Source: Nitrospirota bacterium (lineage in GTDB: Bacteria; Nitrospirota; UBA9217). Taken from it: 64,000 nt of DNA. Positions 9,458-19,373 of the stretch are shown in pieces; positions within the stretch are counted from its first letter, which is position 1, and each line of letters starts with the position of its first letter. Both the position numbers and the translations under genes were made by a program. The stretch spans positions 160,001 through 224,000 of the forward strand of contig CAWFSF010000006.1 of the NCBI GenBank assembly GCA_963818475.1. Direction: 5' to 3'. A model generated the notes under the pieces. It saw only the letters and a list, made by a program, of their open reading frames with translations, was not told the DNA's origin and did not search any database.

Positions 9458-10178
9458 ATGGCCACAATCTTGATCGGATCGGCGCACAAAAACAACAAGA
9501 CTTTATGCGTGGGCATCGGCTCTCGCCGTGATCACGATCTTCTACAATATCGCCGAAGGTCTGGTCTCGGTCTTTTTCGGCATGGAAGATGAGAGCATGT
9601 CGCTTTTCGGGTTCGGTCTCGACTCCTTTGTCGAGGTCGTGTCCGGCGTCGGCATCTGGCACATGATCCGCCGGATCAGGCAGCATGGCGATGAAGATCC
9701 GGACCGATTCGAAAAGACCGCGCTCAGGATCACCGGCAGCGCCTTCTACGTTCTTACCGCCGGGCTGGCGGTCACCTCGATCATTGATCTTTATCGCGGC
9801 CACCGACCGGAAAGCACTTTCTGGGGCATCGTCGTCTCGGTCATCTCCATCCTGTCCATGTGGCTGCTCATTCGCGCCAAGGTTTCGGTAGGCACTAAGC
9901 TGAACTCGCAGGCCATTCTGGCCGATGCGGCCTGCACGCGGGCCTGCCTGCAGCTTTCGGTGGTGCTGCTGGTCGCAAGCCTGGGATACCGGCTCACCAA
10001 CATCGGCGGCCTTGACTCGGTCGGCGCGCTGATCATCGGAGGCCTGTGCTACCGGGAGGGGAAGGAATCGTTCGAGAAGGCGAAAGCGGGAAGTTTTGCC
10101 TGTACCTGCGGAGGAAGTTGTGCTGCCGAAGGCCGGGAGCCGGGGGCCGGGGGAGTTACTAACAGGCTGTTGAAATAG
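9458..10178 (+). CDS. Cation efflux (CDF) transmembrane-domain protein; 5' frameshift
   Basis: YNIAEG, FGLDSFVE, AILADA motifs; SD and ATG at 9458 are out of frame with ORF 9528-10178. Confidence 0.8.
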
Positions 10179-10405
10179 CACTTTAAAAAAAATGGAAAAA
10201 ACATTAGGTTCATTCGTATTGAAGTTGAAAAGTTCATAAAACCGAAATCAAAGATCAAGAACTTCTTCGGAGGAGAAAGGGGGAATTGGGAAAAAAGGGG
10301 TAACCGCCTTATTCATAAGGTCTAATCCCCATTTCACCATCCTTCTCCATTTCTCCTAAAAGGTTCTCCTTCGGGTTTCTGAAGCTAAATCTGTTTTTCA
10401 ACTAG
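10163..10405. mobile_element. Putative MITE with GCTGTTGAAA...TTTCAACTAGC termini and an internal hairpin
   Basis: Imperfect terminal inverted repeats, AT-rich non-coding interior, GGAGAAAGGGG / CCTTCTCC arms. Confidence 0.45.
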
Positions 10406-10466
10406 CATACGAAAGGGCCAAACATTATGCCGCGAAGGGCTTGTCCGGGTTAGGTAATCCTGCATC

Positions 10467-11099
10467 ATGAAATACAAAATCGATCTGCACGTTCATTCAA
10501 AATACAGCACTGACAACGATGCTGAACCGGAGGAAACGATCCTGAGGGCCATCGAACTCGGCCTGCAGGGCATCGCTTTTACCGAGCATTATTATTACGG
10601 CGCATCTGAGCCGATCGAGCCGCTGCGCGAAAAGTACGGGGACCGCATCATGATCTTCCGCGGGGTCGAGTTCTCGGCACAGGAAGGGCATTGTCTGGTC
10701 TTCGGCGTTGATACGGACGACCTGTCGCTCAAATATGCTCCGCTCAGGGATATTATCAGCGTGGTCACGCGAAAGGGCGGCGTCGTGATCCCGTCCCATC
10801 CCTACCGGTCGGTGAACGGTATCGGCGATCTCGTGCGGAGCGCGGACGGGATCTGCGCTCTGGAAGGTTATAATGGCTGCAATATGCACGGCTTCAATGT
10901 CCGGGCGATCGAAGCCGCAAAAGCGCTGGGAATCCCCTTTACCGGGGGTTCTGATGCCCATTCTCCGCAGGAGGTCGGCGCCTGCTTTACGGAGTTTGAC
11001 GATGCGGTGACCGCCGAGAACTTTATCGGCCTGCTGAAGGCAGGGAAGTACCGGGGTATCGATACCCGGAAAATATCAAAGTTGACCATGAAATTCTAG
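10467..11099 (+). CDS. PHP-domain phosphoesterase
   Basis: DLHVHS, FTEH, SHPYR, GGSDAH. Confidence 0.9.
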   Translation: MKYKIDLHVHSKYSTDNDAEPEETILRAIELGLQGIAFTEHYYYGASEPIEPLREKYGDRIMIFRGVEFSAQEGHCLVFGVDTDDLSLKYAPLRDIISVVTRKGGVVIPSHPYRSVNGIGDLVRSADGICALEGYNGCNMHGFNVRAIEAAKALGIPFTGGSDAHSPQEVGACFTEFDDAVTAENFIGLLKAGKYRGIDTRKISKLTMKF

Positions 11100-11145
11100 C
11101 GTCCTCGTAAAAGCAGCGAGTTGTCCTGCCGGCGTTCGTCCATCG

Positions 11146-12348
11146 TCATGCGGCGCCCAGTTTCTTCGCATTCCTCTTCATCTCCGCTGCGGATGACTGC
11201 GGCGCTTTCAGCCAGCTGTTCAGCAGATACCAGGGAGTCCGAACAGCGACCCATTTCCAGAAACGCCGGTATTCGAGCCTGCCTGTTGAAATGTCCATGT
11301 ATTTTTCGAGCGCCCGGGGATTGTCAAAGAATACACGGACGAAGAGCTTTGGATAGCGATCGAGCAGTCTCGCCATCCAGAGGGCGACGCGCAGGTTTTT
11401 CCGGATGAGCTGTTCACACTGCCGCTCATACCACCTGAATGCCCTGGCGTGCCTCCACCCATTCAGCAGGACGCGGCAAAGGGATTCAGCTGCGAGTTTG
11501 CCCGAGAGGATGGCATAGGCGATCCCCTCGCCGTGAAAAGGGTCGACAAAACCGGCAGCGTCGCCGACGAGCAGGACCCTGCGCGAAGTAATCTTTCTTT
11601 TTATCCCTCCCAGGGGGATCAGGTGGCCGCGAACCGCGGCAACGGGCATGCCGATGTCGCGGCAAAATCCGGACAGGGCTGCATACGCATGGGAAAAACG
11701 TGATGCTACGCCCATGATTCCTACGGAATGGTATGCGCGGCGGGGGAAGACCCAGGCGTAACCCTGAGGGGCAGCGCCGAAATGCATGTCGACGAATCCC
11801 TTGCGCTGGGGGTCGATTGAGGATGCGTTCACCGCAGCGTGGGTGACGAGTGCAATGGCCGTCTCCACTGTGCTGAGAGGCGGCCGCACAGACTGCGCTA
11901 TGACGCTGTGCACACCATCTGCTCCGACGAGAAAAAGGGTCTCATGGACTCCCTTATTTGTATGGAGCACGATGGATTCATTCCCAACATGCACACGGAC
12001 GGCCTCTTCGCCAGGCAGGAACCGCGCACCCGCTTCGACCGCCTTATTCAGCAACAGTTCATCGAACTGCTCCCGGTCCACCAGGAGCGCCAGCCGTTGT
12101 TCCTTCCGGACAATCACCGAATGAAGACCACAAAATATTCTTGCGCCGAAGCATTCATCTTCGGCAAAGGCGGCCGGGAGCGGGAAATCGAGATAGGAAA
12201 GCGCTCTGCCGGAGACGGCCCCGCCGCACGTTTTCTGCCGCGGGAACCGGCTTTTATCAACGAGTGCGGTCTTCAGGCCTGCCAATGCGCAGAGCCGCGC
12301 GGCCGTGGAGCCTGCCGGGCCGGCGCCGACGATGAGCACATCGTACAT
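11146..12348 (-). CDS. Geranylgeranyl reductase-family FAD oxidoreductase
   Basis: DVLIVGAGPAG, KTCGG, GADG, GYAWVFP, GDAAGFVDPFHGEGI. Confidence 0.9.
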   Translation of the reverse strand: MYDVLIVGAGPAGSTAARLCALAGLKTALVDKSRFPRQKTCGGAVSGRALSYLDFPLPAAFAEDECFGARIFCGLHSVIVRKEQRLALLVDREQFDELLLNKAVEAGARFLPGEEAVRVHVGNESIVLHTNKGVHETLFLVGADGVHSVIAQSVRPPLSTVETAIALVTHAAVNASSIDPQRKGFVDMHFGAAPQGYAWVFPRRAYHSVGIMGVASRFSHAYAALSGFCRDIGMPVAAVRGHLIPLGGIKRKITSRRVLLVGDAAGFVDPFHGEGIAYAILSGKLAAESLCRVLLNGWRHARAFRWYERQCEQLIRKNLRVALWMARLLDRYPKLFVRVFFDNPRALEKYMDISTGRLEYRRFWKWVAVRTPWYLLNSWLKAPQSSAAEMKRNAKKLGAA

Positions 12349-12520
12349 GAGTCCCTCCGGGTCCGTAGGGCAGAACGGAGCAATCGTCAGCAGATGCGGC
12401 GCGGAGACGCTCCAAGCTGCACGTATGGCCGTTCTTGTTTCCAAGTATAGCACGCAGGTGGATCAACATGAGAAACGCGGGTCAGGAGTGCGAGGGATCC
12501 GGCAGGGGAGGCTGAGGGTC

Positions 12521-13513
12521 TTATCCGCCGATGTGATAGGCGGTCAATGCTTTTTCGAGGCCCCAGGCCATGGCAATGCAGAACGGCAGGGTCAGCAGCC
12601 AGGCCATGACGATCTTGCCGGCAATGCCCCAGCGCACGGCAGAGAGGCGTTTCGTGGCGCCCACGCCGAGGATGGCGGTCGAGACCACGTGCGTGGTGCT
12701 GACCGGCATGCCGAAGTGGCTGGAGACGAGGATGATGGCGGCTGACGAGGTCTCGGCGGCAAATCCGTGAATGGGTTCGAGCTTCAGCATCTTGACGCCC
12801 AGGGTCTTGATGATCTTCCATCCGCCGAAGATCGTGCCGAAGCCCATGGCAAGGGCGCAGGTGAAGACGACCCACATCGGCACGTCGAGCGTTTTGATCT
12901 TGCCGGAGGCGAAGAGCGCCATGGTGATGATGCCCATGGCCTTCTGCGCGTCGTTGGAGCCGTGGCCGAAGGCCATGAAGGACGACGACAGGATCTGGAG
13001 CCGGCCGAAGTACTTGCTGATGATTCTGGGTGAAAGATGGCCGAAGACGTAGAGGATCAGCTTCATGAAGGCGTAGCCGATGACGAACCCGAAGAGAGGC
13101 GAGATCAGGAGCGACGTGAATATCTTCATGATGCCGTCGCTGTTCAGGATGCTCATGCCGCCGTGCGCCGCCGCCGCTCCGATGAGTCCGCCGACGAGGG
13201 CGTGGGACGAACTGACCGGCAGGCCCATGAGGATGGTGATGAGGTTCCAGATGATGGCCGAGAGCAGGGCCGCGATGATGACCTGGTCGGTGATGCCCGC
13301 CGGGTCCACGATGCCCGTGCCGATGGTCTTGGCGACCGCGGTGGTCAGGAAGGCGCCGAGGATGTTCATGAAAGCCGCGATGGCGACCGCTGCTCCCGGC
13401 GACAGGACCTTGGTCGAGACGACCGTGGCTATGGCATTGGCGCAATCGTGCCACCCGTTGGCGATGTCGAACAGCACCGCAAGGATGATGATGAGGATAA
13501 GGATCTCAGGCAT
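12521..13513 (-). CDS. pit: PiT-family inorganic phosphate transporter
   Basis: NGWHDCANAIAT, PVSSSH, HGSNDAQK, PVSTTH. Confidence 0.93.
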   Translation of the reverse strand: MPEILILIIILAVLFDIANGWHDCANAIATVVSTKVLSPGAAVAIAAFMNILGAFLTTAVAKTIGTGIVDPAGITDQVIIAALLSAIIWNLITILMGLPVSSSHALVGGLIGAAAAHGGMSILNSDGIMKIFTSLLISPLFGFVIGYAFMKLILYVFGHLSPRIISKYFGRLQILSSSFMAFGHGSNDAQKAMGIITMALFASGKIKTLDVPMWVVFTCALAMGFGTIFGGWKIIKTLGVKMLKLEPIHGFAAETSSAAIILVSSHFGMPVSTTHVVSTAILGVGATKRLSAVRWGIAGKIVMAWLLTLPFCIAMAWGLEKALTAYHIGG

Positions 13514-14132
13514 GTTTCAGGACGATTCCTTCGAGGATGTTGGCGATGTCCTCGCAGCGGTCCGAGGCGTCCTCAAGCAGTTCGTAGATGTCCTTCCACT
13601 TGATGATATAGACGGGATCGTGGGGCCCGTTGAGGAGCTTGCCCAGGGCGTCGCGGTACTTGCGGTCGATCCGGTTCTCGAGCCGGTTGATCTCGATGCA
13701 GTGTTCCTGCACATGGGCATAGGATTTGGCGCGCAGTTCCCGGAGCGCCTTTTTCAGGATCTCGGCGGTCATCTGCAGGTCCTCGGCGATGGAGATGGCC
13801 TCGGTGGTCGGTTTGTCGATCCGGTAGACCATCATGCGGTCCGTGGCGGCCCAGAGCAGGTCCAGCACGTCATCGATGCGCGAGGCAAGGGCATGGATGT
13901 CCTCGCGGTCGATGGGGGTCAGGAAGGTCTTGTTCAGCTCCTTCATGATGTCGTGGGTCAGCATGTCGCCGTCCTGCTCGAACTCATAAATGGCCTTCGC
14001 CTTTTTTTCAAAGGTCTCGAAGGTGCTGTAGTTGGTCAGGATGTCGACCAGGACGTTGGCCGAGCGCGAGAGGTTTTCAAGCGCCCGGTCGAAGATCTCG
14101 AAAAAGTCGATAGATTTAGGGAATAATGCCAT
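13506..14132 (-). CDS. DUF47 (PhoU-like) phosphate transport accessory protein
   Basis: TFLTPIDREDI, IIKWKDIYE.LE.ASD; immediately upstream of pit. Confidence 0.92.
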   Translation of the reverse strand: MALFPKSIDFFEIFDRALENLSRSANVLVDILTNYSTFETFEKKAKAIYEFEQDGDMLTHDIMKELNKTFLTPIDREDIHALASRIDDVLDLLWAATDRMMVYRIDKPTTEAISIAEDLQMTAEILKKALRELRAKSYAHVQEHCIEINRLENRIDRKYRDALGKLLNGPHDPVYIIKWKDIYELLEDASDRCEDIANILEGIVLKHA

Positions 14133-14371
14133 AGGTCGGTGTAGGACTCCTTTGGTCAGATAGCGTACAGCAGCGGTTCGGCGGATGATGCAGGCAGAAG
14201 AATAGCATAAACGCTCGTGCCGTGCAACTAGCAAAATGATTATCCTGACATTGTTTTTATTAACGAGCGTGACGCAGTCACCTTCCCCACGGTAACGAGA
14301 GGTCGCGGCATGGGACACGTGGCCGTGCACTAGTGACATGAAGAAGACGGGCAGGGAATGGGGGCGTAGAC

Positions 14372-14402
14372 AAAAACAAACGGCGGTGCCTGGGCACCGC
14401 CG
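14372..14402 (-). terminator. Intrinsic terminator
   Basis: CGGCGGTGCC/GGCACCGCCG hairpin followed by a U-rich tract on the minus strand. Confidence 0.75.
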
Positions 14403-14435
14403 CGAAGAACGCCGTTGAACAGCAATAAAAGCTAG

Positions 14436-14609
14436 CTAGATCGGCTTTTCTTTAAAGCACTTGTCGCAAAGATACATCATGCCGCGCACCCTGCCGGTCG
14501 AGGTCATCATCTTCGCCGCCTGCATGGGCTTGCCGCAGCACTGGGGCACGTTAAGGTTCACGATGGCTTTCTTCGTGGCTGCCTTAGCTGTTTTGCTCAT
14601 TTCTGCCAT
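14436..14609 (-). CDS. Small (57 aa) Cys-rich putative metal-binding protein
   Basis: MAEMSKTAKAATKKAIVNLNVPQCCGKPMQAAKMMTSTGRVRGMMYLCDKCFKEKPI; SD GGAGG; own terminator; absent from ORF track. Confidence 0.7.
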   Translation of the reverse strand: MAEMSKTAKAATKKAIVNLNVPQCCGKPMQAAKMMTSTGRVRGMMYLCDKCFKEKPI

Positions 14610-14831
14610 GGTACATTACCTCCCTGATAAAATCGCGTAAACCCGTGCATTGTAACCATACCGGAGAAAATGTCAAGAAAAATCTGTCTTTTCCCCGCGT
14701 GCAAACGGATGAAACCAGCCCGATGCGCCGATAAATGGCTTGACAGAAAAAGATGATTGTTCTATAACTACATACGGTCGTCGATATTTCCGTCAATCAG
14801 AACTACTCTCGTCTCCGTACCACCTTTTCTT

Positions 14832-15740
14832 ATGGAAGATCATAAACTAAGAGTGTTCTGCGCCGTTGCAGAAACAAAAAGCTTTTCAAAGGCATCGGAG
14901 CTCATTCATCTCACCCAGCCTGCGGTCAGCCTGCAGGTTCAGGCCATGGAGGAGCTGTATGAAACGCGTTTGTTCGACCGGTCGGGCAATTCCATCAACC
15001 TGACGCCGGCCGGAGAGATCCTGTACAAACGGGCCAAGGAGATCCTGGCCCTCTATGCCGAGGCGCAGAAGAACATCAGCGAGATCACCGGATCGATCAA
15101 AGGCTCCCTGTCCATCGGCGCCAGCTCGACCATCGGCAACTATCTCCTCCCGTCGATCATCTCCGCGTTCAAGAAAAAGCTCCCCCAGGTCAACATCTCG
15201 CTCGTCGTGAGCAATACAAAGATCATCACGGAACGGCTCAATGCAGGGGAGATCGATATCGCGCTGGTCGAGGGGGACGTGAGCAAGCAGCGTTTCACCG
15301 TCGACACCCTGCTGTCCGATGAGCTGGTCGTGATCATGTCGCCGGCGCATCCCTGGGCGGAGCGGCGCAATATCCCGGCCATGGACATCATCAAGGAGCC
15401 GCTCATCCTGCGGGAAGAGGGGTCCGGAACGCGCCAGGTGATCCTGAAATATCTGGAAGAGCACGGGATCAAACGGGACAACCTCAAGGTATCGCTCGTC
15501 CTGGGCAGCACCGAGTCCATCAAGAGCGCCGTGGAAGAGGGGGTCGGTATTTCGATCGTCTCGGCCTGGGCAGCGCGCCAGGCGATAAAGTACGGCGTCC
15601 TGAAAGCCATGACGTTCAAGGACATAAAGTTCAACCGGAACTTCAGCATCATCTCGCCCAAACGCAACTACTGCACGCACACAGCCAAGGAATTCCTGAA
15701 CTTCCTCAAGGTCTATCCCATCAAGCATCCGCTGCCCTAA
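14832..15740 (+). CDS. LysR-family transcriptional regulator (CysL-like)
   Basis: SFSKASE..HLTQPAVS HTH, GASSTIGNY, REEGSGTR. Confidence 0.93.
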   Translation: MEDHKLRVFCAVAETKSFSKASELIHLTQPAVSLQVQAMEELYETRLFDRSGNSINLTPAGEILYKRAKEILALYAEAQKNISEITGSIKGSLSIGASSTIGNYLLPSIISAFKKKLPQVNISLVVSNTKIITERLNAGEIDIALVEGDVSKQRFTVDTLLSDELVVIMSPAHPWAERRNIPAMDIIKEPLILREEGSGTRQVILKYLEEHGIKRDNLKVSLVLGSTESIKSAVEEGVGISIVSAWAARQAIKYGVLKAMTFKDIKFNRNFSIISPKRNYCTHTAKEFLNFLKVYPIKHPLP

Positions 15741-15761
15741 GCCACAGGGCGCGCCAGTTCT
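15718..15761 (+). repeat. Left copy of 44-bp direct repeat (island boundary)
   Basis: CCATCAAGCATCCGCTGCCCTAAGCCACAGGGCGCGCCAGTTCT; 42/44 identical to 26376-26419. Confidence 0.9.
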
Positions 15762-15904
15762 CACACCAGCCTCGTTCATGCCCCAGACCGTTTCTGATTT
15801 TTCTGCGCCTCGTCAGCGTCGGCCTCTTTTCTGGACTTTTATGACCGTTTGTAGTAAAGTTCTTGGTTATTCAAAAGCTTGCGCCAAGCGGTCCATGGAG
15901 GAGC

Positions 15905-16039
15905 ATGTCAGATTTAGAATCCATCCAGAAAAAGATCATCTCGTTCCGAAACGAGCGTGACTGGGCGCAATTCCACGATCCCAAGAACCTCGCCGAAGCC
16001 CTTTCCATTAATTGTCATGAACATACCCAGGAGAAATAA
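15905..16039 (+). pseudogene. Truncated MazG-like nucleotide pyrophosphohydrolase
   Basis: MSDLESIQKKIISFRNERDWAQFHDPKNLAEALSI, then ends at 44 aa; strong SD GGAGGAG. Confidence 0.75.
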
Positions 16040-16041
16040 CT

Positions 16042-17496
16042 TTGTTTGAGCAGGCATTCAAAAGCATCGACGACGTACTATGGAAAGATGCGGGCTGCAC
16101 GAGCGAGCTGGACTATACGGAGCAGAGTTCCTGGCTGCTGTTCCTGAAGTACCTTGACGCGTTGGAGCAGGACAAGGCGATGGAGGCGGAGCTGGAAGGG
16201 AAGAAGTACAACTTTATCCTGGAAAAGCAGTACCGCTGGGAGGCGTGGGCCGCGCCCAAGAACAAGGACGGCAAGATCGACCACAACAAGGCGATGACCG
16301 GTGACGATCTGCGTGACTTTGTGAACGGCAAGCTCTTCCCGTATCTGCACAAATTCAAGCAGAAGGCGGACGGACCCAATACCATCGAGTACAAGATCGG
16401 AGAGATCTTCGGGGAGATCAAGAACAAGATCCAGAGCGGCTACAACCTGCGCGAAGTGATCGAGCTCGTGGACGAGCTACGCTTTCGGTCGCAGAAGGAG
16501 AAACACGAGCTATCGCACCTCTACGAAGCGAAGATCAAGAACATGGGGAATGCAGGCCGGAATGGCGGCGAGTATTACACCCCGCGCCCGTTGATCCGCG
16601 CCATAGTCAAGGTGGTGAAGCCGAAGATCGGGGAGAAGATATACGACGGGGCAGTGGGGTCGGCGGGCTTTTTGTGCGAGGCTTTTGATTACCTGATCGC
16701 TAAGTCCGACCTTACCACGAGCAATAAGAAGACGCTGCAGGAAAAGACCTTTTACGGCAAAGAGAAGAAGAGCCTCGCTTATGTGATCGCGATCATGAAC
16801 ATGATCCTGCATGGCATCGAGACGCCGAACATCATTCACACGAACACGCTTGCCGAGAACCTCGCTGATATCCAGGAAAAAGACCGCTACGATGTTGTGC
16901 TGGCAAATCCGCCCTTCGGCGGCAAAGAACGCAAGGAAGTGCAGCAGAACTTCCCCATTAAGACAGGCGAGACGGCGTTTCTCTTCCTGCAGCACTTCAT
17001 CAAGATCCTGAAAGCGGGAGGCCGCGGCGGCGTGGTCATCAAGAACACCTTCCTGTCGAACACTGACAACGCATCAGTCAGCCTGCGCAAACTGCTGCTT
17101 GAAAGCTGCAACCTTCACACGGTCCTGGATCTGCCCGGCGGCACGTTCCAGGGCGCGGGCGTCAAGACTGTGGTCTTGTTCTTTGATAAAGGCGCGCCAA
17201 CGCGCAAGGTTTGGTACTACTCGCTCGACCCCGGCCGCAATATGGGCAAGACCAACCCGCTGAATGACGCTGATCTGGCTGAGTTTGTTAAATTGCAGAA
17301 GACCTTTGCCGACTCGCCAAAGTCCTGGAGCGTAGACGCCAAGAGCATCGACCAGAAGACGTTCGATCTTTCGGTGAAGAACCCGAACGGCAACGAAGAA
17401 GTCAAACATCGAAGCCCGAAAGCGATCATGAAAGAGATTGCGGTGCTGGATGCCGAGAGCGCCAAGGTGCTGGCGAAGATTCGGGGGCTTTTGTGA
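16042..17496 (+). CDS. hsdM: Type I R-M methyltransferase subunit
   Basis: GEYYTPR, YDGAVGSAGFL, NPPF (m6A motif IV). Confidence 0.95.
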   Translation: MFEQAFKSIDDVLWKDAGCTSELDYTEQSSWLLFLKYLDALEQDKAMEAELEGKKYNFILEKQYRWEAWAAPKNKDGKIDHNKAMTGDDLRDFVNGKLFPYLHKFKQKADGPNTIEYKIGEIFGEIKNKIQSGYNLREVIELVDELRFRSQKEKHELSHLYEAKIKNMGNAGRNGGEYYTPRPLIRAIVKVVKPKIGEKIYDGAVGSAGFLCEAFDYLIAKSDLTTSNKKTLQEKTFYGKEKKSLAYVIAIMNMILHGIETPNIIHTNTLAENLADIQEKDRYDVVLANPPFGGKERKEVQQNFPIKTGETAFLFLQHFIKILKAGGRGGVVIKNTFLSNTDNASVSLRKLLLESCNLHTVLDLPGGTFQGAGVKTVVLFFDKGAPTRKVWYYSLDPGRNMGKTNPLNDADLAEFVKLQKTFADSPKSWSVDAKSIDQKTFDLSVKNPNGNEEVKHRSPKAIMKEIAVLDAESAKVLAKIRGLL

Positions 17497-18146
17497 AGAA
17501 GAATGGGAGTGATGGGAATAATGTGAGTAAGGGAAAATTGCCTTCACCCGAGGCACATACTTCCCATGATTCCCAGCCTTCGATTATTCCCCCGAGGGGT
17601 GATTATAAGACCCTCTTGTCTTATCAGAAGTCGGAAGTTGTCTATGAACTTACCTATCGTTTTTGCAAACGCTTTCTCAAAATAGGCGACCGCACCGTCG
17701 ATCAGATGGTGCAGGCGGCCCGCTCGGGAAAACAGAATATCATCGAAGGCAGCAAGGCCGCGACAACGTCCAAGGAGATGGAGATCAAGCTGACGAATGT
17801 GGCACGGGCGAGCCAGGAAGAACTGCTGGAGGATTATCGCGATTTTCTGCGCGTGCGCGATATGCCCATCTGGGACAAGGATTGCAAGGAATCGATCTTT
17901 GTCCGCGACCTGAGCAGGACGACTCCCTTGACCTTCGATGTGTTCCGCGAATTCGTGGAAACCCGCCCCGCCGATGTGGTGGCCAACATCGCCATCTGTT
18001 TGATCCACCAGACCAACTACCTGCTGGACCAGCAGATGCGGCGGCTGGAGCAGGATTTTCTGAAAGACGGCGGCTTGCGCGAGCGCATGACCCGCGCGCG
18101 TTTGCAGGCGCGGGAGCAGCAGAGAAGCAGACGGGGGAAGGTATGA
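17493..18146 (+). CDS. Four-helix-bundle protein (IVS-protein-like family) with suffix domain
   Basis: YKTLLSYQKS, DQMVQAARSGKQNIIEG, LTNVARASQEELLEDYRD, F...GGLRER; N-terminus encoded by 9-mer repeats. Confidence 0.85.
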   Translation: MKKNGSDGNNVSKGKLPSPEAHTSHDSQPSIIPPRGDYKTLLSYQKSEVVYELTYRFCKRFLKIGDRTVDQMVQAARSGKQNIIEGSKAATTSKEMEIKLTNVARASQEELLEDYRDFLRVRDMPIWDKDCKESIFVRDLSRTTPLTFDVFREFVETRPADVVANIAICLIHQTNYLLDQQMRRLEQDFLKDGGLRERMTRARLQAREQQRSRRGKV

Positions 18147-19362
18147 AGGCGGGGTGGCAAACAAAGACACTTGCTGAAGTCTGCCAGATTAAACTGCCAA
18201 AGATCTGAAGCACGTGAACGGCTTGCAGGATCGGCAGTTGGTATTCTTTTGGCCGATGGAAGACTTGGGAAGTTGACCAGAAAATTCTGAAACCGAACAC
18301 AGAAAAGGCAATTGTCTGATGTCGCAGGTAGCTATACGTACTTCGCTAATGGACGATGTTCTATTAGCAACGATTACGATCCTGCTTCGAAAATGGGAAG
18401 CTTGGCATTGCAAACAGATATGACGAATCGTATTGATTTTGGGTCGAGTGAATATTTCGTATTCAGACCAGACAAATCACTGTATAACGAATGGCTTTAC
18501 TACTATTTTATCTCGGGAAGATTTCAGAATAGAAGGCGCGCAACGTATGACTGGCGCTGTCGGTCATAAACGTGTTGCGAAGGAATTTATCGAGAGCTAT
18601 CCGATTCCGCTTCCACCGCCCTCCGAACAGCAGCGAATCGTCGGCATCCTCGACGAAGCGTTTGAGCGGCATCGCCACCGCCAAAGCCAACGCCGAAAAG
18701 AACCTCCAAAACGCCCGTGCCATATTTGAAAGCCACCTGCAATCCGTCTTCACTCAGCGCGGCGACGGGATGGCTGGAGAAAAAGCTGGGAGAAGTTTGC
18801 GCTATCACCTGCAAGCTCTGACGTTGATCCTCGCAATGAAGGATTGGTTTAGACTTGGTTCATGTGGGTGCCGGAAACATTGAATGCTACAAAACGGTGT
18901 TTTCGACTGTGAACGTTCAAAACGGCGCGGGAAGAAGGGCTGATTTAGGCAAGTTCCTTTTCGATAAGTCGATGGTTCTCTACAGCAAAATACGACCTTA
19001 TCTCATGAAGGTTGCACGTCCTGATTTTAATGGGTTGTGTAGTGCTGACATGTATCCCCTCGCACCGTTGCCCAAGCAGAAGACTCGTGACTACCTATTT
19101 CATCTTTTGCTCAGTAAGCCATTCACGGATCATGCGATTCAAGGTTCTGCCCGTGCTGGAATGCCAAAGGTACATAGAGAACATCTTTTTGAGTTTCGTG
19201 TGTGACGCCAGATGTGAAGAAGCAGAACGAATTAGTCGTACAAGCTCGACGCACTTCGACGAAGAAACCCAACGCCTCGAATCCATTTACCAGCAGAAGC
19301 TCGCCGCACTCGATGCGCTGAAAAAATCGTTGCTGGATCAGGCCTTCACCGGCCAACTATAG
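18143..19362 (+). CDS. hsdS: Type I R-M specificity subunit (several frameshifts)
   Basis: MKAGWQTKTLAEVC; IPLPPPSEQQRIVGILDEAF; LYSKIRPYL; LKKSLLDQAFTGQL, pieced across frames. Confidence 0.85.
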
Positions 19363-19373
19363 GAAGACTACCT

